DNA of 64,000 bases from Polyangiales bacterium (GCA_964202905.1 CAXNJO010000001.1:480001-544000); one strand, 5' to 3'; positions 20,845-33,260 are shown, numbered from the stretch's first letter. Translations and numbers: made by a program. Notes: generated from the letters alone by a model not told the origin.

Positions 20845-23272
20845 CTATTTCTTCGGCGTGAGGCTCGCGAAGGGGTTGTTGCTGAACTTCGACGCGAGCG
20901 TGGGGCGACCGGAATCGACGGGGCGACCGCCGCCCTGGGCCGGATTTCGCGGATTCGCCAGGCTGGGGATTCCGCGGACTCCCATGCTGGGGATTTCGCG
21001 GGTCTTGCGGGCGTGCGCCGTGGGCGCCGCCGACCTTGTTCGAGGCGTCGCCGCTCTTGGCGCTGAGGCCGATGCGCTGGCGGACGAGGTCAATCTCCAT
21101 CACGCGCACGCGCAGCTTGTCGCCGACCTTCACGGCCTCGCGCGGGTCCTTGATGAAGCGGTCGGAGAGCTGCGAGATGTGGACGAGGCCGTCCTGGTGG
21201 ACGCCGACGTCGACGAAGGCGCCGAAGGCGGTGACGTTGGTGACGACGCCCTCGAGGATCATGCCCTCCTTGAGGTCCGCCATCGTCTGCACATCGTCGC
21301 GGAACTTCGGTGGCTCGAAGGTCGCGCGCGGGTCGCGGCCCGGCTTTTTCAGCTCGGCGACGATGTCGCGCAGCGTGGGCTCGCCGACGCCCTCGGGGGC
21401 GAAGCGCGTGGCCCAGGTCGGGACGTCGATGGCGTCGGCGTGTGTGGCGTCGCCGACGAGCGTCTCGAGCGAGAGGCCCATCTCGGTGGCGATGCGCGCG
21501 ACGAGCGGATAGCGCTCGGGGTGCACGGCGCTCGCGTCGAGCGGGTTCTTCGCGCCGCGCAGGCGCAGGAAGCCCGCCGCGAGCACGAAGGCCTTCGGGC
21601 CGAGGCCGGGCACGGCGAGCACGTCCTCGCGCGTCGAGAAGGCGCCGTGTTGCTCGCGGTGCACGACGATCTTCTTCGCGAGCGCGGGTCCGATGCCGGA
21701 GACGTACGAGAGCAGCGGCGCGCTCGCCGTGTTCAGCTCGACGCCGACCGCGTTCACGCAGGATTCGATCACTTCACCGAGCTTGCGCAAGAGCAGCGGT
21801 TGGTGGACGTCGTGCTGGTATTGCCCGACGCCGATGGCCTTGGGCTCGACCTTCACGAGCTCGGCGAGCGGATCCTGCAGACGGCGCGCGATGGAGATCG
21901 CGCCGCGGATCGTGAGGTCGAGATCGGGGAACTCCTCGCGCGCGACGTCCGAGGCGGAATACACGCTCGCGCCGGCCTCGCTCACCGCGACGACGATCGT
22001 GCCGTCGAGCTTCGCCTCGCGGACGACCTCGCGCGTGAACGTCTCCGTCTCGCGCCCACCCGTGCCGTTGCCGACGGCGATCGCGACGGGCTTGTACTTC
22101 GCGAGAAACGCGCCGAGATCGCGCTTAGCGCGGGCGGCCTGCGCGTCGCCCTGCGACGGATAGATGACGATCGTGTCGAGGAACTTCCCCGTCGCGTCGA
22201 CGGCCGCGACCTTGCAGCCCGTGCGCAGACCCGGGTCGATGCCGACGACGGCCTTGCCGCCGAGGGGCGCGGCGAGGAGCAGGTGTTTGAGGTTGTCGGC
22301 GAAGACGTCCACGGCCTCGCGATCGGCCTTCATCTTCAGGTCCACGCGCACATCGTTCTCGACGGAGGGCGCGAGCAGACGCTTCCACGCGTCGGCGATC
22401 GCCGTGCAGAGCTCGCCGGCCCAGGGCGAGCGCGGATCGACCTTCATGGTGCGTTCGATCCGCGGCAGCATGCGCTCGGCCTCGACCGCGATCGTCGCGC
22501 GGATGACGCCCTCTTTCTCGCCGCGGCGGATCGCGAGGTAGCGGTGCGAGGGCATCTTCGCGACGGCCTCGGTGTGGTCGTAGTAGTCCTCGAACTTCGT
22601 GCGCTCGCCCTTCTTGTCGGCGACGACGGTCGAGGTGAGCACGCCCTCGTCGACGAAGGCCGTGCGGGCGAGCGCGCGCACGTCGGCGTGCTCCGCGACG
22701 GCCTCGGCGACGATGTCGCGGGCGCCCTGCAGCGCGGCCTCGAGGTCGGGCACCTCCTTCGCGGCGTCGACGAAGGCGGCAGCGGCGGCGCGCGGATCGC
22801 CGTCGGACGGCTGCGCCAGCATCGAGAGCGCGAGCGGCTCGAGCCCGCGCTCGCGGGCGATCATCGCGCGCGTGCGGCGCTTCGGCTTGTAGGGGAGGTA
22901 GAGGTCGTCGAGCGCGGCCTTCGTCGTGCAGGCGAGGATGCGCCCGCGCAGCTCGGCGGTGAGCTTGCCCTGCGAGCCGATCGACTCGAGCACCGTGCGC
23001 CGCTGCGTCTCGAGCTCGACGAGGTAGGTGCGGCGCTCTTCGATCGCGCGGATCTGCACCTCGTCGAGGTCCCCCGTGAGCTCCTTGCGGTAGCGCGCGA
23101 TGAACGGGACCGTCGCGCCCTCCGCGAGGAGCTGCACCACGGCCGCGACGCCCCGCGCGGGCAGCGCGAGCTCCACGGCGAGCGCGGGCACGGGATCGAA
23201 GGGCGGGAGCTGCGCCGAGACGCTCGGGTTGGTGGGGGCTGCGCTCGGGGAGGTGGGGTCCGCAATCGTCAT
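20845..23272 (-). CDS. tex: Tex-family S1 RNA-binding protein, frameshift near 20956 in the tail
   Basis: GATVPFIARYRKE, IDPGLRTGCK, EAGASVYSAS, GVGQYQHD, S1 domain; typical NNPFA terminus lies in the shifted frame ending at 20845. Confidence 0.93.
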
Positions 23273-23386
23273 GGCGGCGCGGTCTCTAGCAACGCGCCGA
23301 TCGGGGACAAGGCTTGACGCGGTCGATTCGCGCGTTCTCCGATCGAGCCCCGCGCAAGTGCCGACAAAATCGGCCCGTCATCGCGA

Positions 23387-24307
23387 TCAGAGCGTCGCGA
23401 CGAGCTCTTCGCTGAGCTTCCAGAGCGCCTCGCCGAGCGCCTCGTCACGCGCCTGCCGCGAGGAGGGCGCGACGTTGCAGTCCGCGAGATACTCGCCATT
23501 CACGCCTGCGAGCGAGGGGTGCACGGCGGCGTAGCACTGCGTCGCCGCGCCCTCGTGCACATCCTTCATCGCGATCGCGGACGCGATCGGGTAGACGGCG
23601 CGCAGCGCGACGTTCATGTGGCGCGTGAGGTTCGTGGCGATGACGCCCGGGTGCACCGCATTCGCCGTGCGCTTCGTGCCCGCGAAGCGCCGCGCGAGCG
23701 CGCGCGCGAAGAGCAGGTTCGCGAGCTTCGACTGCCCGTACGCCGCCCACGGGCGGTAGCCGCGCGCGAAGCTCGGATCCTCGAGGCGGATGCCCTCCTT
23801 CGGGGCCATGAAGTGCGCCGCGCTCGAGAGCATCACGACGCGCGCGTCGGCCGAGAGCGCCTCGAGCAGGCCCGTGACGAGCAGGAAGTGCCCGATGTGG
23901 TTCGTGAAGAACTGCAGTTCGTGGCCGTACGCGAGCGTGCGCTCCGGCAGCGCCATGATCCCCGCGTTGCAGAGCAGCACGTCGATCGGCACGCCGAGCG
24001 CCTTCACCTCCGCGACGCACGCGCGCACCGAGGCGGGCTCGGCGAGCTCACAGGCGACGGGGATCGCGTCGATCCCCAGCGTCTTCATCGCCTCCGCGGC
24101 CTTCTCACGCGTCCGCGCCGCCGCGACGACCCGCGCGCCGCGCGCCGCGAGCACGCGCGCGCTCTCCGCGCCGAGGCCGGAGTTCGAGCCCGTGATGAGG
24201 ACGGTGCGGCCGGTCAGATCGAGGCCGGCGGTGACCTCTTCGGCGGTCGAGGCGTAACCGAAACCGCTCGGACCGCGACGGCCGAGCACGAGGGAGACGA
24301 GGGACAT
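23387..24307 (-). CDS. SDR oxidoreductase (retinol-dehydrogenase/Tic32-like)
   Basis: TGSNSGLG, NAGIM, YGQSK, HPGVIAT; N-terminal GPSGFGYASTAEEVT. Confidence 0.93.
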   Translation of the reverse strand: MSLVSLVLGRRGPSGFGYASTAEEVTAGLDLTGRTVLITGSNSGLGAESARVLAARGARVVAAARTREKAAEAMKTLGIDAIPVACELAEPASVRACVAEVKALGVPIDVLLCNAGIMALPERTLAYGHELQFFTNHIGHFLLVTGLLEALSADARVVMLSSAAHFMAPKEGIRLEDPSFARGYRPWAAYGQSKLANLLFARALARRFAGTKRTANAVHPGVIATNLTRHMNVALRAVYPIASAIAMKDVHEGAATQCYAAVHPSLAGVNGEYLADCNVAPSSRQARDEALGEALWKLSEELVATL

Positions 24308-24374
24308 GCGCGCGACGGTGAAACCAATCACCCGCTGCGGCAAGTCACGTGCGGTCCGAATCCGCGCGCGTGAA

Positions 24375-25223
24375 TCAGGCGCTCTCGGCCGTCAGCACGT
24401 CGCGCGCCGCGCCCGCGCGGGGCGGCGTGTTGCGGAAGAGCGGGTGGAAGAGATACGGGCGCTCGTGGTGGGTCGCGTGCATGTAAATGCCCGCAAAAAG
24501 GCGGTTTCCGAGCCAGAACCAGCCCGTGTCCTGGTCCACGGGGGCGAAGTCCTTCCCGACGTGGCCGTTGTGCGTGACCCAGTTGAAGTGGATGACGAAG
24601 AGCGCGGCGCCGAGTTGCGCCGGCAGGAACACGGCGACGAAGAACCACGGCCCGAGGAGCGCGCCCCACGCGGCGAAGAGCAGGAGCGTCGTCGCGTAGC
24701 TCACGCGCGCGCGCATCTGCTCGCGGGCGCGGTTCTCGGGCGTGTCGCCCCACTGCACATAATAGGCCTTCATGAGCTGCCGCTCGACCTGCAACATCGA
24801 ATGGATCGCGGTGCGGAGGAAGCTCGGGAAGTTGGGGTGCGGGTCGTCGACGCGGTCGTCGGAATATTTGTGGTGGCGCACGTGGATGAGCGTCCAGCCC
24901 ACGAAGCGCACCGCGATGAGCACGCCGCAGAGCTCGCCGGCGAGGCGGTTCCACGGGCGCGGGAAGCTGCCGTGCCCGGCGTTGTGCACGAGCAGGTGTG
25001 CGGCGATCGCGACGTAGAGCGCGACGGGGAACGCGGCGAGCCACCAGCCCGCGGGCGCACCGAAGAGGGGCGAGACGACGCCGGTCGCGACGAGCGCGAG
25101 GACCGCGAGGCCCGCCGCGGCGTAGCCGAGGTCGTAGCGGATCTGGAACCAGCGGTCGCGGCGGAACTGGTGCGAAGGATGGACGTTCAGGAGCGCGGTC
25201 GCGCGCTGAGCGAGGGTGGGCAT
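24375..25223 (-). CDS. Membrane fatty-acid desaturase family protein
   Basis: His boxes HNAGH, HVRHH...DPH, HATHH; TM segments. Confidence 0.88.
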   Translation of the reverse strand: MPTLAQRATALLNVHPSHQFRRDRWFQIRYDLGYAAAGLAVLALVATGVVSPLFGAPAGWWLAAFPVALYVAIAAHLLVHNAGHGSFPRPWNRLAGELCGVLIAVRFVGWTLIHVRHHKYSDDRVDDPHPNFPSFLRTAIHSMLQVERQLMKAYYVQWGDTPENRAREQMRARVSYATTLLLFAAWGALLGPWFFVAVFLPAQLGAALFVIHFNWVTHNGHVGKDFAPVDQDTGWFWLGNRLFAGIYMHATHHERPYLFHPLFRNTPPRAGAARDVLTAESA

Positions 25224-25414
25224 CTGCGCGGACTCCGAGGCGTGAGAGGAGAGCGAGGCGGTCGTGGGCGCGCGGAGGGCTCGCGCAGACGCCCGGGTGG
25301 GCGCGGCGGTCGCGGGCCGCGGGGAGCGCGCAGCCTACGCCGAATCGATCTCGAAAAGCGATACGCGGCGGCTTGTCGCAGCGTCGCGACGGCCGCCGCG
25401 CAGGGCGCGCGCGT

Positions 25415-25464
25415 GGGATTCAGGGCAGCGCGGGATCCAGGGCAGCGCGGGATTCAGGGCAGCG
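25415..25464. repeat. 17-bp tandem repeat x3 overlapping a stop codon
   Basis: GGGAT(T/C)CAGGGCAGCGC at 25415, 25432 and 25449. Confidence 0.9.
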
Positions 25465-28088
25465 TCGCGCTGCCCTCGTTGCCGAAACGATCGCGCACGA
25501 CGACGCGCGTGATCGGCTCGGACGACGCGGGCGTCACGCGCGCGTTGCCCGGCGCCGCGAGCGGGGCCGTGAAGGTCTCGGGCGCGCCCGCGCCGTGCTC
25601 GAGCACCACGGTGAACGGGCCGGCCTCGGCGGGCAGGCGGCGGTTCACGTTGCCCTCCATGCGCAGCAGGCGCCAGCCCTCGCGCGGCTCGAAGCTCGCG
25701 TCGACGACGACGTCCCCGCCCTCGCTGCGCGCGCCCACGCCGAGCGTGCCCGCGACGACCTCGAAGGGCGCGCTGTCCAGCGTGTAGCCCGTGCCCTCGA
25801 CGTGGAAGCGGTAGCGCCCCAGCGGCAAGCCCGCGCGATCGGCGAGCACGTCGAGGCCCTCGCCCGGCGTCGGCATCGTCGCGCCCGGCGCGCCGAACAC
25901 GTCGAGCGCCTGCCACTCGATCGTCCAGTAGTTCGTGAGCGGCTCGGCGCCGACGCGGCGGAGCGGCTGCGGCGTCCACACCACGAGGAAGTCGAGGTCC
26001 GTCACCTCGCGTCCGCTGCGCCGCGTGACGGGCACGAACGCGCCGCCCACCTCACGCTCGAGCCGCGCGCGCGGCGTGCCCGAGAGCGGATCTTCGCCGA
26101 TCCACACGAAGCGCGCGACGCCCTCCACGCGCGGGATCGTCGCGTCGGGCTGCCCGCGTGTCGGGCGTGCGCCGCTGCGGAAGAAGATCTCCGCGGGCAC
26201 CGCGTCGGGCACGGTCCCGGCGAGCGGCGCCGGGTCGGGCGGCGGCACGTCGGGGTCGCTGAACGTCGGCGCGACGACGCGATCCGCGCCCGCCTGCGCG
26301 GCGTCCTCGCGCATCGGCGACACCGCGAGCGGCATCAGGGCGACGAGCTGCTCGGCGAGCAGCTCGCCCTCGAGCGGGCCCCAGATGTTGATGGTCGGCT
26401 CGAAGCCGCCGCGCAGCCAGTCCTCGGCGGTGAGGATGTAGCCGACGTGACCCTGCGCGTAGCCCGAGCACGAACGTGCGCTCGACGGGGAACGGCGACT
26501 CGGCCGCGACGCGATCGCGCCAGGGGACGACGGGCTCGCCGGGCGCCGTCGGGAAGAGGTAGTCGCCGAGGCGCAGCACCGAGATCGTCGCGCGCGTCGT
26601 GTTGCACAGCGGCATCTCCTCGAAGGAGAAGCCGAGCAGACCGCCGAGCGCGCTCGTCGCGTCGGGGATGTTCGCGCAGGAGTTGTAGGCGGTGAGGCCC
26701 GCGACGTTCGGCAGCCGCGCGAAGGTCAGCAACGCCTCTTCACCGCCACAGAGCCCCGCGCCCGCGGGCGCGTTGAACTCGTCGATCGGCGAGAGGATCG
26801 CGCCGTCGTCCCCGTAGACCTCGCGATCCGCGCGCCGCCGCCCGTCCCACGGCGCGTACGAGAGCGCGCCGCCGCGCACCGTGAACGCGCGCCAGTCGGG
26901 GCCCATCGTGACCGAGCGCGTGACCATCTCCATCTCGAGCTCCGACTTCATGTCGGCGCCCGCGCGCGTCCACGCCTCCATGAACTGCGGCAGCGCGTAG
27001 CGCGCGCATTCTTCGTTGCGCGCGAAGTCCCAGCGCGGGTCGGAGTCGCTGTCGTAGTCGAGGTGGCCGCGGCTCTCGCCGAGCACGTCGCCGGCCGCGC
27101 CTTGCAGGTGCACCGCCATCACGGGGAAGTCGAACTGCTCCTCGATCGCGCGCTCGAACGCGCCGCTCGCGTCGGTGCTGAACACCGACACACCATCATC
27201 GAGGATGGCAGAGTGAACGCCGAAGATCGGCAGGACCGCGAGGGGCCGATCGTCCATTCCGTCGATGCGGATCAGCGCGAGCCGCTGATCCTTGCGCGCC
27301 GCGTCGCCCGTGAGGAAATCGTTCTCCGAGCGGCGGTCGTAGGAGACGCGGTTCTCGAGATCGAACGCCTCGTTGGTCGCGATGCCGATCTTCGCGGGGA
27401 CCTGCGCGGCGAGCGCGGCCTGGGCCGTCTCGACCATCCGCGCGATGAGGGCGTCGCGGATGCGCGCGCGGATCGGGCCTGCGCCGATCTGGAGCTTCGA
27501 GTCGGCCGAGTAGCTGCCCGGCGCGGTGTGCGTGTGGCTCGAGCTCCACAGCACCTTGCCCGCGAACGCCGGGCCGAGACGCGCGGTGACCTCGTGCGTG
27601 ATCGTGTCGTCGCTGAAGATCGTGTCGGTGCGGAGCAGCACCACCGTCTCGTCACCCGCGGTGATCGCGATCGCCTTCACCATCGGGGTGCTCTCGATGC
27701 CGACCGAGGGCGTGAAACTGCCGGAGAGCGGCACCTGACGGGCATCGATCGCGCCCTTCGCGTCGAGGGGCGCCGCGCGCGAGGTGTTGCCGCCGAGCGC
27801 GACGCCGATCGGCAGCGCGAGGGCGCGCTCCGCGAGGCCGACGCGCACCGCGCCCGCCGTGACGGTGCCGCCCGCGCGGGCCGTCGCGGGGAGCGGCGCG
27901 TAGGTGCAGTGATCGGTCGCGAGCGGCTCGGGCGGGCCGGCGTCGACGCCCACATCGGGCCCCGCGTCGGGCGTTGGGATGGCCCCGCCGTCGTCGCCGC
28001 AGGCGCCGAGGAGCATGCCGGCGAGCCCGAGCAGGAGGCTGGAAAAGCAGGTGTTTCGTGGACGGATCGGGGTCGTCGGGTCTGGCAC
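25454..28088 (-). CDS. Neutral/alkaline ceramidase-like lipoprotein, frameshift near 26464
   Basis: Lipobox LGAC; SHTHTAPG, FGVH, QGAAGDV, PGEP; removing one G from a GGG run restores LGYAQGHVGYI and joins the 25454-26335 frame. Confidence 0.75.
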
Positions 28089-28153
28089 GCCGCGATTCTA
28101 ACGGGGCTCGCGCCGCCCCGGTGAGAGGGCGCGCACGTCCCCGCGCGCCGCCG

Positions 28154-28978
28154 TCAGAACGTGAGGCGCAGGCCCGCCGTCGCGCCGACCGCGCGGCCGC
28201 GATCGAGCACGGGCGTGAGCGAGAGCCCCGTGAGCGACCCCGCCGCGCGCGACGCCGACGAGAGCTCGTAGCCGACGACCGCGCCCGCGAGCGGGAGCAG
28301 GCCCGCGCCGAACACGGACGAGTAATTCTGCGCGAGCGCGGCGATGATCACCGCGACGCCCGTCCCGGCGAGCGCGCCGAGCAGCGAGCTGCCGTACGTG
28401 CCCATTCCGTCGAACCAGCGCCCGGCCCAGGTCACGCCGAGCGGCATCCCGAGCAACATCCCGCCGAACGCGCCGGCGATGACGCCCACCGCGCACGTCG
28501 TCGAGCCGAAGCCATCCCCGTCGAAGTCGAAGCAGCTCCCCGCGAGCGCGCCGACCAGCAGGCCGATCGCGCCGATGCCCACACCCACCGAGTAGCCGAC
28601 GATCGGGCCGAAGATCACGCGCGGGACGCGGCCATCCGACTCCGCCTGCGCGCGCTGCGTCGCCTCCGCGCTCGGCCCGGGGGCCGCCGGCTGCTGCTGC
28701 ACGTACACGGGCTGCGCGTAGCCCGGGGGCTCCTGTGCCTCGACGATGTAGATCGTGCCCGCGCCCGGGTCGGTGCCCTGCGGCGGGCCCGCGCCCTGCG
28801 TGTCCGTGGGCGTCCCGAGGACCTGCCCGTCCGGCGGGCCGAGCGAGAGGTGCAGGCTGCCGAGCAGCGTCGGGGACTGGGCCTGCGCGTCGGCGGCGCC
28901 GACGGCGACGGAGATCGCGAGCGAGACGCCAACAAGCGCGATCGCGTGCCGCGTGGTCGCGGAGAGAGACGAGAGCAT
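28154..28978 (-). CDS. Hypothetical exported protein with Gly-rich hydrophobic helices
   Basis: Signal peptide, Gly-zipper-like segments, C-terminal GLRLTF. Confidence 0.65.
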   Translation of the reverse strand: MLSSLSATTRHAIALVGVSLAISVAVGAADAQAQSPTLLGSLHLSLGPPDGQVLGTPTDTQGAGPPQGTDPGAGTIYIVEAQEPPGYAQPVYVQQQPAAPGPSAEATQRAQAESDGRVPRVIFGPIVGYSVGVGIGAIGLLVGALAGSCFDFDGDGFGSTTCAVGVIAGAFGGMLLGMPLGVTWAGRWFDGMGTYGSSLLGALAGTGVAVIIAALAQNYSSVFGAGLLPLAGAVVGYELSSASRAAGSLTGLSLTPVLDRGRAVGATAGLRLTF

Positions 28979-28995
28979 GGCCGCACCCTAGCGCA

Positions 28996-29259
28996 TCAGC
29001 GGGCGCCGTCGTCGTCGTCGTCGTCGTCGTCCGTCGGCGCGAGGGGGACCGTCTCGCCCTCGAGCGCGCGCAGGGTGTCGAGCGCGGCGAGGAGCGGCTC
29101 GACCTCACGCGGGGCGATCACCGCGCCTTCGCCCGCGCGGAAGGCGTCGCGCAGGCGCGCCTCGAGCCGCGCGAGCGCGTCCTCGTCGAGGCGCGGCAGG
29201 CCGCTCTCCGCGCGGCGCGCGTCGTGGTCGAGATCGAACTCCGGGGGGCGGCGCGGCAT
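28996..29259 (-). CDS. Small acidic hypothetical protein
   Basis: 87 aa, GC3-biased codons, Asp8 tail. Confidence 0.55.
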   Translation of the reverse strand: MPRRPPEFDLDHDARRAESGLPRLDEDALARLEARLRDAFRAGEGAVIAPREVEPLLAALDTLRALEGETVPLAPTDDDDDDDDGAR

Positions 29260-29436
29260 GGCGCGCGAGCGTAGCGCGCGGCCCGTTGCCCGCCCCATCC
29301 GCGCACGCGATCACGCTGGCATCCCCGGACCGCATTGAATAATCTTCAGCGCTCACTGAAGCGCCATTCATTTTTTTCGGCGCGCACGCAGGACGCTTCC
29401 ACGCCGCGCGGATGCGGCGTTCGACACGGGGACACC

Positions 29437-32046
29437 ATGGGCAACGAGCTGCGATTCGATGGCAAGGTCGTGATCGTCACGGGCGCGGGCAACGGCCTCG
29501 GGCGCTCGCACGCGCTGCTCTTCGCGGGCCGCGGGGCGAAGGTCATCGTCAACGACCTCGGGGGCGCGCACACGGGCGGCGGCAGCTCGAGCGCGGCGGC
29601 CGACAAGGTGGTCGCGGAGATCCGCGCCGCCGGCGGCGAGGCCGCGGCCAACTACGACTCCGTCGAGGACGGCGCGAAGATCGTGCAGAGCGCGCTCGAT
29701 CACTTCGGGCGCATCGACGTCGTCATCAACAACGCGGGCATCCTGCGCGACGTCTCCTTCCCCAAGATGACGCAGGACGACTGGGACCTCGTCTACCGCG
29801 TGCACGTGCTCGGCGCGTACCGCGTGACGGCCGCCGCCTGGCCGCACCTGCGCGAGCAGAAGTACGGCCGCGTGATCTTCACGTCCTCGGCCGCCGGCAT
29901 CTACGGCAACTTCGGCCAGGCCAACTACGCGATGGCGAAGCTCGGCACGCATGGATTTGCGAGCACGCTCGCCATCGAGGGCCGCAAGAACAACGTCTTC
30001 GTGAACACGATCGCGCCCATCGCGGGCTCGCGCATGACGGAGACGGTGCTCCCGCCGGAGCTGCTCGCCTCGCTCAAGCCGGAGTACGTCTCGGCGCTCG
30101 TCGGGTGGCTCTCGCACGAGCGCTGCGAGGAGACGGGCGGGCTCTTCGAGGTCGGCGGCGGCTTCTACAGCAAGCTCCGCTGGGAGCGCACGAAGGGCAA
30201 AACCTTCCGCCTCGGTCGGCCCGTCGGAATCGAGGACGTGAAGGGCGCGTGGAAGTCGATCACCGACTTCGGCGGCGCGACGCACCCCGCGAACATCGCC
30301 GAGTCGATGTCGCCGATCATGGCGAACGTCGAGGCGGGCCCGAGCCGCGGCGGCAACCAGCTCATCGACGTCGATCAGGCGCTCGGCTTCGAGCTCGAGC
30401 CCATCACGAGCCGCTACGACGAGCGCGACGTCTCGCTCTACGCGCTCGGCGTCGGCGCGGCGCACAGCGCGCCCACCGACACCTCGGAGCTCGGCCTCGT
30501 CTACGAGCTGAACAGCGGCGGTTTCCACCCGCTGCCGACGATGATGGCGGCCATCACGGTCAATCAGATCATGAAGGCCGCGATGGAGGGCAAGCAGGCC
30601 CCCGGCCTCAGCTACGGGCTCGACCGCATCCTGCACGGCGAGCAGTACACCGAGGTGCTGCGCCCGCTCCCGACGAAGGCGAAGCTCACGCACAAGGCGA
30701 AGATCAAAGCCATCTGGGACAAGGGCAAGGGCGCCGTCGTCGTCAACGAGGTCAAGACCTTCGACGACGAGGGCGAGCTGCTCGCCATCAACGAAATCAC
30801 CACCTTCGTCCGCGGCGCGGGCGGCTGGGGCGGCGAGGGCGGCCCGAAGGCGGACATCCCGATCCCCGATCGCGCGCCGGACGCCACCATCGAAGAGCAG
30901 ACGACGCCCGATCAGGCGCTGCTCTATCGCCTCTCGGGCGACATCAATCCGCTCCACGCCGATCCGGAGTTCGCGAAGAACTTCGGTTATGCGACACCCA
31001 TCCTCCACGGGCTCTGCACCTTTGGATTCGCGGGGCGCCACGTCATCAAGGCGTTCGCGAAGAACGATCCGCGCTTCCTCAAGTCGATCCGCGTGCGCTT
31101 CGTCGATCCGGTGATCCCCGGCGAGACGCTCGTCACCGAGATGTGGCGCGACGGGCAGCGCGTCGTCTTCCGCACGAAGGTGAAGGAGCGCGACAAGGTC
31201 GTGCTCTCGAACGCCGCCGTGGAGCTCTACGCGGAGCTGCCGAAGAAGGCCGAGAAGCCGAAGGCGGCGGCCGTGTCGCCTGCGGCCTCTGCCGCGCCTG
31301 CGGCAGCGGCGAGCGCGGCCCCGTCGAGCGGGGACGTCTTCGCGGCGATTGGCGCGTATTTCGAGAAGCACAAGGACGTCGCGACCAAGGCGCAGACGCT
31401 CTACCTCTTCCAGCTCAAGAACCCCGACAGCGCGTGGTCGCTCGACACGAAGGCGGGCGCGGTCGCCGCCGGCGAGGTCGGCAAGGCCGAGTGCACGCTC
31501 GAGCTCGCGGAAGCCGACTTCCTCGACATGGTGAGCGGAAAGGCCGATCCGATGAAGCTGTTCACGTCGGGGAAGCTGAAGATCAGCGGCAACATCATGG
31601 CCTCGCAGAAGCTCGACTTCCTGCAGAAGCTCGACAAGAACGAGGTCGCGAAGGCCGCGGCGAGCAAGCCCGCAGCGACGAGCGCCGCGGCGCCCGCAGC
31701 GGCGGCGAGCGCACCCGCGAAGGCGCCCGCGATCTTCGAGAAGCTCGGGGCACGCTTCGCCGCGGACCCCGCGCTCGCGGCCTCGGTCGGCGCGGTCGTG
31801 CAGTTCGTCGTGAAGGTGTCGGACACCACCACCTACGACTGCATCGTCGACGCGTCGGGCCGGGGCACCGTGCTCGCGGGCCGCGCGAAGGACGCGCGCA
31901 CGACCATCACGATCGCCGACGCGGACCTCGCGGAGCTCGCCGCGGGCAAGCGCACGGTGCACGCGCTCTACCAGCACGGCGCGCTGCGCGTCGACGGCGA
32001 CGTGCGCGTCGCGCAGCGCCTCACGCTCCTCGAAAACCTCGGCTGA
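29437..32046 (+). CDS. Peroxisomal-type multifunctional enzyme 2: SDR + hydratase 2 + two SCP2 domains
   Basis: [53 protein letters not shown]2 motifs [11 protein letters not shown] and [11 protein letters not shown]. Confidence 0.93.
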   Translation: MGNELRFDGKVVIVTGAGNGLGRSHALLFAGRGAKVIVNDLGGAHTGGGSSSAAADKVVAEIRAAGGEAAANYDSVEDGAKIVQSALDHFGRIDVVINNAGILRDVSFPKMTQDDWDLVYRVHVLGAYRVTAAAWPHLREQKYGRVIFTSSAAGIYGNFGQANYAMAKLGTHGFASTLAIEGRKNNVFVNTIAPIAGSRMTETVLPPELLASLKPEYVSALVGWLSHERCEETGGLFEVGGGFYSKLRWERTKGKTFRLGRPVGIEDVKGAWKSITDFGGATHPANIAESMSPIMANVEAGPSRGGNQLIDVDQALGFELEPITSRYDERDVSLYALGVGAAHSAPTDTSELGLVYELNSGGFHPLPTMMAAITVNQIMKAAMEGKQAPGLSYGLDRILHGEQYTEVLRPLPTKAKLTHKAKIKAIWDKGKGAVVVNEVKTFDDEGELLAINEITTFVRGAGGWGGEGGPKADIPIPDRAPDATIEEQTTPDQALLYRLSGDINPLHADPEFAKNFGYATPILHGLCTFGFAGRHVIKAFAKNDPRFLKSIRVRFVDPVIPGETLVTEMWRDGQRVVFRTKVKERDKVVLSNAAVELYAELPKKAEKPKAAAVSPAASAAPAAAASAAPSSGDVFAAIGAYFEKHKDVATKAQTLYLFQLKNPDSAWSLDTKAGAVAAGEVGKAECTLELAEADFLDMVSGKADPMKLFTSGKLKISGNIMASQKLDFLQKLDKNEVAKAAASKPAATSAAAPAAAASAPAKAPAIFEKLGARFAADPALAASVGAVVQFVVKVSDTTTYDCIVDASGRGTVLAGRAKDARTTITIADADLAELAAGKRTVHALYQHGALRVDGDVRVAQRLTLLENLG

Positions 32047-32081
32047 CGGTCGCTCGCAACGAAGACAACGGAGGCAAGGCC

Positions 32082-33260
32082 ATGGGTCGCAGAGTCAACG
32101 TGATCGGGGTCGGGATGGTGAAGTTCGCCAAGCCCGGCGCGAGCGACGAATACAACGTGATGGCGCGCAATGCCGCACAGGCCGCGCTGAAGGATGCGGG
32201 CATTTCCTACGACGGAGTCGAGCAGGCGTACGCGGGATACGTGTACGGCGACTCCACGTGCGGACAGCGCGCGATCTACGAGGTGGGCCTGACGGGCATC
32301 CCCGTCTTCAACGTGAACAACAACTGCTCGACGGGCTCGACGGCGCTCATGCTCGGCAAGCAGGCGATCGAGGGCGGCATCGCGGAGTGCGTGCTCGTCG
32401 TCGGCTTCGAGCAGATGGAGAAGGGCGCGCTCACCGCGAAGTGGAACGACCGCACCAACCCGCTCGATCAGCACGCCAACACGATGAACGCCCTGCAGGG
32501 CTTCACCGGCGCGCCGGGCGCCGCGCAGATGTTCGGCGGCGCGGGCCGCGAGCACCGCTGGAAGTACGGCACCACGCGCGAGACGTTCGCGATGGTGTCG
32601 GCGAAGGCGCGCAAGCACGCCAACAAGAACCCCTACGCGCTGTTCACCGATGTGCTTTCGGTCGAGGAGATCCTCGCGGCGCCGGAGGTCTTCGACCCGC
32701 TCACGCGGTATCAGTGCTGCCCGCCGACCTGCGGCGCGGCCGCGGCGGTGCTCTGCTCGGACGAGTTCGCGAAGAAGCATGGGATCTCGAATCCCGTCTA
32801 CATCGCGGCCCAGGCGATGACGACCGATTACGCGTCGAGCTTCAGTGACTCGATGATCAAGATGGTCGGCTTCGACATGACGAAGACGGCCGCCGAGAAG
32901 GTCTATGCGCAGTCGGGCCTCGGCCCGAAGGATGTGCAGGTCGTCGAGCTGCACGACTGCTTCACCGCCAACGAGATCCTCACCTACGAGGGGCTCGGCC
33001 TCTGCCCCGAGGGCGAGGCGGAGAAGTTCATCCACGACGGCGACAACACCTACGGCGGACGCTGGGTCACCAACCCCTCGGGCGGCCTGCTCAGCAAGGG
33101 CCACCCGCTCGGCGCGACGGGCCTCGCGCAGTGCACCGAGCTCGTCTGGCATCTGCGCGGACAGGCCGAGGCGCGTCAGGTCGAGGGCGCGAAGGTCGCG
33201 CTCCAGCACAACCTCGGTCTCGGCGGCGCGTGCGTCGTGACGATGTACCGAAGAGACTGA
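32082..33260 (+). CDS. SCPx-type thiolase (lipid-transfer protein family)
   Basis: [41 protein letters not shown]. Confidence 0.95.
   Translation: MGRRVNVIGVGMVKFAKPGASDEYNVMARNAAQAALKDAGISYDGVEQAYAGYVYGDSTCGQRAIYEVGLTGIPVFNVNNNCSTGSTALMLGKQAIEGGIAECVLVVGFEQMEKGALTAKWNDRTNPLDQHANTMNALQGFTGAPGAAQMFGGAGREHRWKYGTTRETFAMVSAKARKHANKNPYALFTDVLSVEEILAAPEVFDPLTRYQCCPPTCGAAAAVLCSDEFAKKHGISNPVYIAAQAMTTDYASSFSDSMIKMVGFDMTKTAAEKVYAQSGLGPKDVQVVELHDCFTANEILTYEGLGLCPEGEAEKFIHDGDNTYGGRWVTNPSGGLLSKGHPLGATGLAQCTELVWHLRGQAEARQVEGAKVALQHNLGLGGACVVTMYRRD

Noticed and set aside
19010..23272. 1420-aa Tex fusion
   Set aside because: The extension results from the frameshift near 20956 and reads antisense through two real plus-strand genes
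29006..29031. (GTC)n microsatellite as a phase-variation switch
   Set aside because: A triplet repeat encoding a poly-Asp tail; length change would keep the frame
29412..33260. 1282-aa giant thiolase ORF
   Set aside because: The upstream part is an off-frame shadow of MFE-2; the thiolase has its own SD and ATG at 32082
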